A stretch of 40,069 bases of DNA from Candidatus Limnocylindria bacterium. GTDB lineage: Bacteria > Chloroflexota > Limnocylindria > QHBO01. The number at the start of each line of letters is the position of its first letter. Position 1 is the stretch's first letter. The translations under genes were made by a program, and so were the position numbers. The notes beneath the pieces were generated by a model, which was not told the origin of the DNA, ran no database searches, and saw nothing but the letters and a program-made list of their open reading frames with translations. Where the stretch lies: contig JBGQCU010000003.1 of the NCBI GenBank assembly GCA_041495495.1, positions 1 to 40,069 of the forward strand, written 5' to 3'. Shown here piece by piece: positions 23,898 through 31,811 of the stretch.

Positions 23898-25034
23898 TTA
23901 CGGTGCTGGGGTCGCCTTCGGCTTGCCCGAGAAGTCAACCGCCTTCACGCTTCCATCCTTGAGAGCCGCCGTCAGCGCCGTGATCTCATCCTTGAGAGCC
24001 GCCGGGATCTTCGCGTCGAAGTTGTGGAACGGCGCCATCCCGACCCCGTCGTTGGCCAGGGTGCCGACGTACAGGTTCGAGGTGTAATCGCCCGCCATGG
24101 CGGCCTGGACGGCCGAGTAGACGGCGTTGTCGATCCGCTTCAGGACGCTCGACATGATGATCGTCTCGAACCCGGGCACGGAGAGGAACTGGTCGACGTC
24201 GACGCCGATGAAGATCGGTGCCGGGCTCATGTTGCCCGTGTTGTCCTTGACGGCTGCCATGGCGCCCTGCCCGACCGGGCCGGCCACCGGGAAGATGACG
24301 TCAGCGCCCTCATCCATCAGGGCCTGGGCCGTGGTACGGCCCTTGTCCAGGTCGGTGAAGTCACCGGTGAAGGTGCCGTCCTGCTTGACCGGGTCCCAAC
24401 CCAGGACCTTGACGCTCTTTCCCTTCTTCTGGTTGTAGTAGTTCACCCCGGCCACGAAGCCGTCCATGAAGTCGGTCACCGGACCGATCTTGATGCCGCC
24501 GAAGGTGCCGACCTTGCCGGTCTGGCTCATCCCGGCTGCCAGGTAGCCCTGCAGCATGGAGGCCGACACGGTGTCGAAGACCAGGCCGAGGATGTTCGGC
24601 TTGGCCGGGGTGTACGCGAAGTCGACGATCGCGTACTTGGTGTTCGGGTGCACCGCTGCGGACGCCTGGGTGTCAGGACCGAGCAGGAAGCCGACCGTCA
24701 CGATCAGGTCGCAGCCCGCGTCGGTAAAGGTCTTGAGGTTCGGTGCGTAGTCGGTTGCCGCGTTGGACTCCAGCAGCTTGATCGCGATGTGGAGGTCGGT
24801 CTGCGCCTTGAGCAGCCCCTCGTGCGCGTTCTGGTTGAATCCCTTGTCGTCGACACCACCGGTGTCGGTGACCTCGCAGGCCGTGAACGACGCGGCGGTC
24901 GACGCCGCAGCCGACGCCGCAGTGGACCCTGCAGCCGACGCCGCGGCCGAGGTTCCGGGGGTCTGGCACGCGGCCAGCACCACAATCAACGATACGAGGG
25001 CGGCGCTCGCGCCGAGCCATCGCTGCTTCCGCAT
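23898..25034 (-). CDS. BMP/PnrA-family nucleoside-binding lipoprotein
   Basis: ATG 25034 after AAGGAG; lipobox VLAAC; DTGGVDDKGFNQ, GADVIFPVAG and IGVDVDQ motifs. Confidence 0.95.
   Translation of the reverse strand: MRKQRWLGASAALVSLIVVLAACQTPGTSAAASAAGSTAASAAASTAASFTACEVTDTGGVDDKGFNQNAHEGLLKAQTDLHIAIKLLESNAATDYAPNLKTFTDAGCDLIVTVGFLLGPDTQASAAVHPNTKYAIVDFAYTPAKPNILGLVFDTVSASMLQGYLAAGMSQTGKVGTFGGIKIGPVTDFMDGFVAGVNYYNQKKGKSVKVLGWDPVKQDGTFTGDFTDLDKGRTTAQALMDEGADVIFPVAGPVGQGAMAAVKDNTGNMSPAPIFIGVDVDQFLSVPGFETIIMSSVLKRIDNAVYSAVQAAMAGDYTSNLYVGTLANDGVGMAPFHNFDAKIPAALKDEITALTAALKDGSVKAVDFSGKPKATPAP
24889..24950 (-). repeat. Ser/Ala tether repeat in the BMP lipoprotein
   Basis: SAAASAAGSTAASAAASTAAS; gacgccgc recurs three times. 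Confidence 0.65.
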
Positions 25035-25137
25035 TGAAACTCCTTCTCCCCTCACTCATTGATTGCCGGCGCCGCATTCGATCGCGACGAGTCGGTCGCG
25101 TTCTGGCCCGAGGGCGAGGCCGGCGCGAATCCGGCCG

Positions 25138-25167
25138 ATCATACTGCGCCGTCAAGCGCGCGCTCAA
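25138..25167 (-). promoter_or_regulatory. Promoter of the nucleoside ABC operon (TTGAGC-18-TATGAT)
   Basis: Minus-strand hexamers at 25167-25162 and 25143-25138, giving a leader of about 100 nt. Confidence 0.55.
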
Positions 25168-25204
25168 GTGATTTGTGCGGTTGGCATCTCTATCATCCGT
25201 CCGC

Positions 25205-26059
25205 ATGGACCCATCACTTCAGCCGGCGCCGCGCCTCGTCATCTTCGACCTCGACGGGGTCGTCTATCGTGGCCGCCAGGCCGTTCCGGGGGCCGCGGCG
25301 CTGATCGCCGCCATGCGCGAGCATGGGATGCTCATTCGCTTCGCTACCAACGCCGCGATGCGGACGCGCGCGAGTTACGTGACTCGGCTCAATGGGATGG
25401 GGATCGCCGCGGAGGTGGGCGAGATTGTCACCTCCACGTCGGCCACCATCGATTATCTGCGCGCGAACCTGCCGGAGGTCCATCGCGTGCTGGTGGTCGG
25501 CGCCGCCGGCATGCTGGAGGAGCTGCAGGAGGCCGGATTCGAGGCCACCGCGGCCGCGGACGCGGTCGAATCGAACTACGACGGCGGCCCGATCCCCACG
25601 TCCTATGACGCGGTGGTCGCCGGGCTTGATCAGGCATTCGACTATCGCCGGCTCGCGGCCGCGAGCAGCGTGCTGCGAGCCGGAGCGCGCTTCATCGCCA
25701 CAAACGCTGACCTGCGCTACCCGACCCCGACAGGGTTCCTGCCCGGCGCGGGATCGATCATCGGCGCGCTGCGGGCTGCCAGCGGAATCGAGCCGCTCGT
25801 CATCGGCAAGCCCGAGCCACGCATGTTCCGCGCGATCGTGGATGGCGCCGGGGTTCAGCCCGCCGAGGCCCTGGCCATCGGCGACAGCCCCGACACCGAC
25901 ATCGTGGCCGCCGCCCGGGCGGGCATCCGCTCGATCCTGGTTCTCACCGGCGTCACCGATGCCGCCACCGCGGCGACGCTCAGTGGCGAGCGCCGCCCGG
26001 ATCGCATCGCTCGCGACCCGGCGGAGGTGGCCGCGATGCTGGGGCTGACGCTCAGCTGA
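25205..26059 (+). CDS. HAD-IIA (NagD-like) phosphatase
   Basis: FDLDGV, ATN, TNAD, GKPEP and IGDSPDTDI motifs; ATG 25205 lies 8 nt after TATCAT. Confidence 0.92.
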   Translation: MDPSLQPAPRLVIFDLDGVVYRGRQAVPGAAALIAAMREHGMLIRFATNAAMRTRASYVTRLNGMGIAAEVGEIVTSTSATIDYLRANLPEVHRVLVVGAAGMLEELQEAGFEATAAADAVESNYDGGPIPTSYDAVVAGLDQAFDYRRLAAASSVLRAGARFIATNADLRYPTPTGFLPGAGSIIGALRAASGIEPLVIGKPEPRMFRAIVDGAGVQPAEALAIGDSPDTDIVAAARAGIRSILVLTGVTDAATAATLSGERRPDRIARDPAEVAAMLGLTLS

Positions 26060-27092
26060 TGTCGGGGCCCCGGGCCGCCCAGTCGGACCACGCCCGCTCC
26101 GCGGCGCGGGCCATCGGCTCGAGGACGATGCGCGGGCCGAACGCGCGCCGGAAGGCATTCACCGCGATCGCCGCGAGCTCCGCGCGCGTCAGGTGCAACG
26201 CCGTCGCCGTGCGCGCCATCTCATCGGTCAGGGTGGTCGCGGACACCGTCCGATCATCGGTCGAGAGGGTGACGCTCACCCCGGCGCGGTGCAGCTCGGC
26301 GAGCGGGTGGGAGGCGAGGTCGGGCACGATGCCGGCCTGCACGTTGCTGGTTGGGCACAGGTCGAGCGTCACGTCCCGCTCGCGTAACAGCTGCATGACC
26401 TCGGAATCCTGGGCTGCCGTCACGCCATGGGCGATCCGTCGCACACCAAACGCGAGCGCCTCGCGGATCCGATCCGGGCCGGGCACCTCGCCGGCGTGGG
26501 CGGTCAGCGCCAGCCCGCCCTCGGCCGCCGCGCGGAACGCAGCGGCGTGCGGCGGGGCCGGCCACTCCGCCTCCAATCCGGCGAGGTCGAAGCCGATCAC
26601 CGGCGGGCCGAAGAGGGCTGCGGCGCGCGCCAGCTCGACGTTCGCAGCCGGCGGGTGCGAACGCATGGCGGTCACGATCAGGCCGATGAACGGCGTGCGC
26701 GGCCCGAGCCGGGACGCCGCCTCGCTGACGCCGGTGGCCACCGCCTCCATGACCGCCACCATGGAGAGGCCGCCATCGAGGTGGAGGCGCGGCGCCCAGC
26801 GGATCTCGGCGTACGTCAGCCCGTCGTCCGCCATCGATGCGACGAGCTCGGCGGTGACCCGTCGCAGGGACGCGGCCGTCTGCAGCAGGGCGATCGGCAG
26901 GTCGAAGAATTGGAGCAGCTCGGCCTGGTCCCGGCAGCGCGGCGGCCCGATGAGGCGAGACTTCGCCTCGTCCAGCGTCATGCTGGTGCCAGCCTCAGCC
27001 GCCAGCTCGATGGCGGTCTCGGGGCGCACCGAGCCATCCAGGTGCTGGTGCAGCTCCGCCTTTGGCAGCATCCGCAGGCGATCGAGGTCCAT
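26052..27092 (-). CDS. add: Adenosine deaminase (canonical; 3' part of the 1146-aa ORF)
   Basis: LPKAELHQHLDGS, YAEIRWAP, GFDLAG, HAGE, RIAHG, CPTSN and STDD motifs; ATG 27092 lies 6 nt after TATCAT. Confidence 0.92.
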   Translation of the reverse strand: MDLDRLRMLPKAELHQHLDGSVRPETAIELAAEAGTSMTLDEAKSRLIGPPRCRDQAELLQFFDLPIALLQTAASLRRVTAELVASMADDGLTYAEIRWAPRLHLDGGLSMVAVMEAVATGVSEAASRLGPRTPFIGLIVTAMRSHPPAANVELARAAALFGPPVIGFDLAGLEAEWPAPPHAAAFRAAAEGGLALTAHAGEVPGPDRIREALAFGVRRIAHGVTAAQDSEVMQLLRERDVTLDLCPTSNVQAGIVPDLASHPLAELHRAGVSVTLSTDDRTVSATTLTDEMARTATALHLTRAELAAIAVNAFRRAFGPRIVLEPMARAAERAWSDWAARGPDIS

Positions 27093-27098
27093 CGGCTG

Positions 27099-27992
27099 AT
27101 GATAGGAGGCGGCGGCCAGCGCCGGGTGGTCACGGCCATCGTCGTTGCCTTGCTGGTGGGAGTGGGGCTCGGCCTCCGTTCCGCCGATCCGTTGCAGGCC
27201 GACCCGCCCACGGCGGCTGCCCGCGCGCGCAGCCTGGCTGCGGCTGCGGTCGCCGCGGACGAGGCGCTGGCGCGCCTGAGCGCCGTGTTGGCGGATGCCA
27301 TCGACCACGGGCGGCGGGGGTCGGCGCAGACCGTGGCCGGGAACGTGCCTCCGGCCACCGAGCTGGAAGCCGCCGCCGCCCGGCTGGTTGCCGGGGCCGG
27401 GGCCGCCGACGCGGCCCGACGAGCCGTCACGGCCCTGGCCGGGATGGCCGCGGCGGTCGTACCGCGTGCGCAGGTGCCGGCCCTGTCGTACAGCGGTCCC
27501 GACCTGCTGCTGATCGCCGACAGCCTGCGGACCAGCGCCGACGACGCGACGCTCTTCGTGCAGCGGCGCGACGCAACCCAGGCCGTGGTCAGCGTCCTCG
27601 GCGATGCGGTCGTGCAGCTCGAGAGCGACCAACCCGAGGCCGCGCTCGTCAGCCTTGATCGCGCAGCCGCCCCCGTTGCCCTCCTCGACGCCTGGCAGCT
27701 GCGACCGCCGCTGCTCAGCTACTGGATGAAGGTCACCCGCGACCTGCTCGATGCGGCACGGGGCATCGCCACCGCCACCATCGACGGGGACCCGGCGGCG
27801 GTGCGGGCCGCCGCGGCCCGATATGCGACCGCCGGGGCGGCGGCGCGTGGCGCCGACAACGCGCTGGCCGTATCGCTCTCGGAGGAGGGCGCTGCGGTGA
27901 GCGGCATCCCGCTGCGGCGCCTGGCAGCGGCGGCGTCGCGAGCCGCCGACCTCCGCGCCGCCGTGCAGCCGCTGATGCGAGGCGGGTCCTGA
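27099..27992 (+). CDS. Hypothetical Ala-rich helical exported or membrane-anchored protein (start uncertain: 27099 or 27126)
   Basis: N-terminal hydrophobic segment (VVTAIVVALLVGVGLGL); fills the gap between add and pepA with host-like codons. Confidence 0.7.
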   Translation: MIGGGGQRRVVTAIVVALLVGVGLGLRSADPLQADPPTAAARARSLAAAAVAADEALARLSAVLADAIDHGRRGSAQTVAGNVPPATELEAAAARLVAGAGAADAARRAVTALAGMAAAVVPRAQVPALSYSGPDLLLIADSLRTSADDATLFVQRRDATQAVVSVLGDAVVQLESDQPEAALVSLDRAAAPVALLDAWQLRPPLLSYWMKVTRDLLDAARGIATATIDGDPAAVRAAAARYATAGAAARGADNALAVSLSEEGAAVSGIPLRRLAAAASRAADLRAAVQPLMRGGS

Positions 27993-28010
27993 CCGCGGGA
28001 GAACCTTGTC

Positions 28011-28058
28011 TATACTGGCTTGACCGATCCGCCGCGCAGATTGGCCGTGATCGGTCAA
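28011..28058 (+). promoter_or_regulatory. pepA -10 (TATACT) followed by a 10-bp perfect inverted repeat
   Basis: TATACT at 28011-28016; TTGACCGATC (28020-28029) / GATCGGTCAA (28049-28058); GAGGAG SD before ATG 28086. Confidence 0.55.
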
Positions 28059-28085
28059 CCCCCCGAGCCATCCTGAGGAGCATCG

Positions 28086-29567
28086 ATGCGCGTCCGTGCC
28101 GAGACCACCAAGCCGGCATTGGTCCAGGCCGACGTGCTGGCGCTGCCGATCTACCGCGATGACCGCGAGATGCCGGCTGACCTGGTTGAGCTGGACGCGG
28201 CGACCGGCGGCGCGATCTCCCGCACCCTCAGCTGGGGCGAGTTCAACCCGATCGAGGATGAGACGGCGCTCGTCGAGGTGAGCGGCATCGGTGCCGCGCG
28301 GATCCTGCTGGTTGCCTCCGGGAGGCGCGGCCGGGGAGCGTGGCGCGCTCGGCGCAGCGCCTCCAAGGCGTCGCGCCGGCTGCAGGGGCGGGGAGCCTCG
28401 AGCCTCGCCTTCTGGCTGCGGGATGGCGAGGCCGCGGACGCGTACGCTGCGGCGGCGGTCGGGGCCAGCCAGGGCACCTATCGGCCGTATGCCTACTACG
28501 GCCGCGTGCGCGACACACCGGCGATGCTGCGCAGCGTCAAAGAGCTGATCCTGATCGGCGAGGCGGCCCCGGGCGACGGGGTGCTGCGCGACGCGATGGA
28601 GCTGGCGGATGGGGTCGAATGGGCGCGCGAGCTGTCGAACCGGTCGGCCAACGACCTGTCCCCGGAGAAGATGGCGGAGATTGCCCAGGGCCTGACGGCG
28701 GATGGTTGCACGGTCGAGATCCTCGGCCCCGGCGAGATGGCGGCCCTCGGCATGGGCGCCCTGCTCGGCGTCGGCATGGGGGCTGCCCACGAGCCGCGGC
28801 TGATCGCGGTCAAGCTGCCCGGCTGGCAATCCGGTGGCGAGCGGCGGCTGGCGATCGTGGGCAAGGGGGTCTGCTTCGACTCCGGCGGCATCAGCCTGAA
28901 GGCGCCGGAGCGGATGGAGGAGATGAAGCACGACAAGGCCGGCGCGGCGGCCGTGATCGCCGCCGCGCGCACGGTGGCCAGGCTCGCCCCGCAGACGCCG
29001 CTGATGGCGGTGGCCCCCATGGTCGAGAACATGCCGGGCGGGATGGCCCAGCGTCCCGGCGACGTGGTCAAGGCCATGAACGGCAAGACGATCGAGGTCA
29101 TCAACACCGATGCCGAGGGTCGCCTGATCCTGGCCGATGCGCTGCATTGGGCTGAGAAGCAGGGCGCGACCCACATCGTCGACGTGGCGACGCTGACCGG
29201 GGCCGCGGCGGTGGCGTTCGGCGACCTGATCAGCGCCTACTTCGCGCGGCCCCGAGAGTGGGGTGACGCGGTGGCGGCGGCGGCCGAGGCGACCGGCGAG
29301 TGGTTCTGGGAGATGCCGCTCGCGACCGAGTACCGCGACGCGCTCGACTCGGCACATGCCGACATCGTGAATTCGGCCGCGCGCGAGGGCTCGCTCATCA
29401 AGAGCGCCGTCTTCCTGTCTGAGTTCGTCACGGTGCCGTGGGTGCATGTCGATATCGGCGGTTCGGCCTACCTGATTCGCGACAAGGCCCACAATCCCAA
29501 GGGGGCGCTGGGAACCACCGTCTCAACCCTGGTTCGGCTGGCGCGCGACTTCGCCGTGAGCGCCTAG
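28086..29567 (+). CDS. pepA: Leucyl aminopeptidase (M17)
   Basis: GKGVCFDSGG, MKHDKAG, RPGDV, NTDAEGRL, ATLTG and HVDIGG motifs. Confidence 0.95.
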   Translation: MRVRAETTKPALVQADVLALPIYRDDREMPADLVELDAATGGAISRTLSWGEFNPIEDETALVEVSGIGAARILLVASGRRGRGAWRARRSASKASRRLQGRGASSLAFWLRDGEAADAYAAAAVGASQGTYRPYAYYGRVRDTPAMLRSVKELILIGEAAPGDGVLRDAMELADGVEWARELSNRSANDLSPEKMAEIAQGLTADGCTVEILGPGEMAALGMGALLGVGMGAAHEPRLIAVKLPGWQSGGERRLAIVGKGVCFDSGGISLKAPERMEEMKHDKAGAAAVIAAARTVARLAPQTPLMAVAPMVENMPGGMAQRPGDVVKAMNGKTIEVINTDAEGRLILADALHWAEKQGATHIVDVATLTGAAAVAFGDLISAYFARPREWGDAVAAAAEATGEWFWEMPLATEYRDALDSAHADIVNSAAREGSLIKSAVFLSEFVTVPWVHVDIGGSAYLIRDKAHNPKGALGTTVSTLVRLARDFAVSA

Positions 29568-29601
29568 CAGCCGTGCGCCGGCCCGGGTCGCGGAAGACGC
29601 G

Positions 29602-30267
29602 TTGACCCCGCTGGTGCTGACCGTGGCGGTCGCGTTCGCAGCGCTCGGCGCGGGGGCGGAGCGGCTGGCGACCGTCTGGCCGCCCGATGAAGCCTCGCAC
29701 CGAGCGCTCGGCATGCGAACCATCCTGCTGGCGGTCGCCGCGGCGCTCGCCGGCGGGGCGGTCGCATGGCGATCGACCCTGCCCGCCGCGGCGCTCGCTG
29801 TGCACCTGGCGGTCCTTGCCATCCTGGTGCTGCTCACCGCCACGGACCTTGAGCAGCGGCGGCTGCCGCACGTCCTGCTTGACCCCCTGATCGTGGTCGC
29901 CGCCGTCTTCGTGCCGTTCAATCCCACGGTCGCCTGGCCCAGCGCGCTGCTCGGCGCGGCGGTGGGCGTGGCGTTCATGGGTGGCCTGGGCCTGCTGGTG
30001 CGTGGGGGCGTGGCGCTCGGCGACCTGCTGCTGGTCGCCCCGTTGGGCCTGATTCTGGGCTGGCAGGGGATCTTCGTCGCCCTGTTCGCCGCGGGCATCC
30101 TGTCCGCCGCGGTCAGCATCGGCCTGATGCTGACCCGTCGCGCGGGGCTGAGAAGCTACATCCCGTTCGTGCCATTCCTGGTGGCGGGGACGGTCATCGC
30201 GCTGCTCCGGGACCCGGACCTGCTCGGCTCCGCGGCCGCGACGCTCACCACCCTCCTGCGCGCCTGA
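29602..30267 (+). CDS. A24 prepilin peptidase-like aspartic protease (no N-terminal Zn domain)
   Basis: Multi-TM; TDLEQRRLP and LGDL carry the catalytic Asp pair; IPFVPFL; TTG start uncertain. Confidence 0.85.
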   Translation: MTPLVLTVAVAFAALGAGAERLATVWPPDEASHRALGMRTILLAVAAALAGGAVAWRSTLPAAALAVHLAVLAILVLLTATDLEQRRLPHVLLDPLIVVAAVFVPFNPTVAWPSALLGAAVGVAFMGGLGLLVRGGVALGDLLLVAPLGLILGWQGIFVALFAAGILSAAVSIGLMLTRRAGLRSYIPFVPFLVAGTVIALLRDPDLLGSAAATLTTLLRA

Positions 30268-30273
30268 GCGACT

Positions 30274-30292
30274 GAGCGCCCGACGGGCGCTC
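30274..30292 (+). terminator. Hairpin after the pepA-prepilin peptidase genes
   Basis: GAGCGCCC-GAC-GGGCGCTC 8-bp stem starting 6 nt after the stop; no U-tract. Confidence 0.45.
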
Positions 30293-30445
30293 CGAGCGAG
30301 TGCCTGCTGGGATGGCGCTGGTCTGGACAGGTCGGGTATCCTTTGCCTCCCCCCGGCGGTCGTCCGCCGGATCGCTCCGGTCGCCGTCGCGCACGCCCTC
30401 GCGATCCCGGCTCCGAAGCATCGACCGTCCGTACGCCAAGGAGTC

Positions 30446-31741
30446 ATGTCGATCGCCAGTCGCCCCGCCGCGAAGCGGATCGCCGCCGTCCTGCTGCTCA
30501 TCGTCGTCGTGGCGCCGATGCAGTGGCAGTCGCCCGTGCGCGCCACGGATCCGATCAACGGGGCGATCGCCGAGCAGCAGCAGATGGAGGTCGAGCTGGC
30601 GCGTCAGCGCACCCAGCTCGCCGAGCTGCAACGACAGCAGGCAGATCTGGCCGCCAGCCTGCGCGGCATCAGCGACGACCTGACATCGGTCGGGCTCGAG
30701 ATCGACGCGGCCTCCCGCCAGGTCGAGCAGGCCTCCCGGGACCTCGAGCAGGCCCGCGGCGAGCTGCGCAAGTACGAGATCGACATCAGCACCCTGGAGC
30801 AGACGCTGATCGACCTGTCGAGCGGCATCGAGGTCTCGAAGGTCGAGCTGGTCGAGCGCGAGGCGCTGCTCCAGGAGCACCTGCGCACCGCCTACGAGCA
30901 GAGCCAGACATCGGTCCTGGAGGTGCTCCTCTCGACCGACTCATTCACCAAGGCGTCGAGCGAGCTCTCCTACATGCTCACCCTGTCCGACGAGGACCGC
31001 CAGCTGGCGAGCGAGATTCGCGATCGCCGCTCGCTGCTTGAGACGCGCCGCGAGACGCTGAGCGTGGGGCGAGGAACGTTGACGCAGCTGCGCGACGCGG
31101 CGGCCACCCGGGCCGCTGCCCTGGACGAGCAGCAGCTGCAGCTGGACGCGGTCAGCGCTGCCCTTGCCGAGAAGCAGGCGCAGCTGCTGCAGCTCCAGGA
31201 CGCGCACGAGCAGCAGTTCGCGGAGGCCGGCCAGGGCGCCGCAACGACGCAGCAGCAGATCGCCGCACAGGAGCAGGCGCTTGCTGCGCAGCAGGCGCTG
31301 GTGGACAAGCTCAAGGATGCGGCGAACCGGCTTGACGTCGCCTACCGGGGTCGCTTCGCGTGGCCCGAGCGCGGCTCGTTCATCATCACCCAGGAGTTCG
31401 GCGCGACGCCATTCAACTCATTCCATACAGGGCTCGATATGGCCTACGTGAGTGGGTGCGGCGGACCGGTCTACGCCGCCGGCGACGGCATCGTGCTGGC
31501 CGACGGCCGGCCGAATGCGAAGTACGGCGACTACGCGATCGGGGTGTTCATCGGTCACTCGCAGCGGCTCGCAACCCAGTACTGGCATCTTTCGCGCGAG
31601 GTCGTGGACGTCGGCCAGACGGTGCACGTCGGCGACGTCATCGGCTACGAGGGTGCCACGGGCTTCGCGACCGGTTGCCACCTGCACTTCGGCGTGGAGT
31701 TCGACGGGGCGCCGGTGAACCCAAGGATTTACCTGCCCTGA
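30446..31741 (+). CDS. Secreted coiled-coil + M23 peptidoglycan endopeptidase
   Basis: AAGGAG SD; signal peptide; long heptad-rich coiled coil; HTGLD, YWHL and HLHF Zn motifs intact. Confidence 0.92.
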   Translation: MSIASRPAAKRIAAVLLLIVVVAPMQWQSPVRATDPINGAIAEQQQMEVELARQRTQLAELQRQQADLAASLRGISDDLTSVGLEIDAASRQVEQASRDLEQARGELRKYEIDISTLEQTLIDLSSGIEVSKVELVEREALLQEHLRTAYEQSQTSVLEVLLSTDSFTKASSELSYMLTLSDEDRQLASEIRDRRSLLETRRETLSVGRGTLTQLRDAAATRAAALDEQQLQLDAVSAALAEKQAQLLQLQDAHEQQFAEAGQGAATTQQQIAAQEQALAAQQALVDKLKDAANRLDVAYRGRFAWPERGSFIITQEFGATPFNSFHTGLDMAYVSGCGGPVYAAGDGIVLADGRPNAKYGDYAIGVFIGHSQRLATQYWHLSREVVDVGQTVHVGDVIGYEGATGFATGCHLHFGVEFDGAPVNPRIYLP

Positions 31742-31811
31742 TCGAGGTCGGCCGCGCGCGGGCGAGGCCCCGATTCGACCGAATCCCGCGTATGGGGTAC
31801 CGTTTCGCCTG

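Noticed and set aside
27093-29492. Apparent 1146-aa adenosine deaminase fusion
   Set aside because: Extension is the antisense shadow of pepA and the 27099 gene; the ADA domain starts at 27092.
29602-30267. Pilus or competence locus around the prepilin peptidase
   Set aside because: No pilin, Tad or T2SS genes in the window; stand-alone A24 peptidases are ordinary.
30293-30445. Possible c-di-AMP (ydaO) riboswitch upstream of the M23 peptidase
   Set aside because: Context fits, but the conserved GCUGAAUCC / GGAAC / UCAGCUAAC-like segments are not present.
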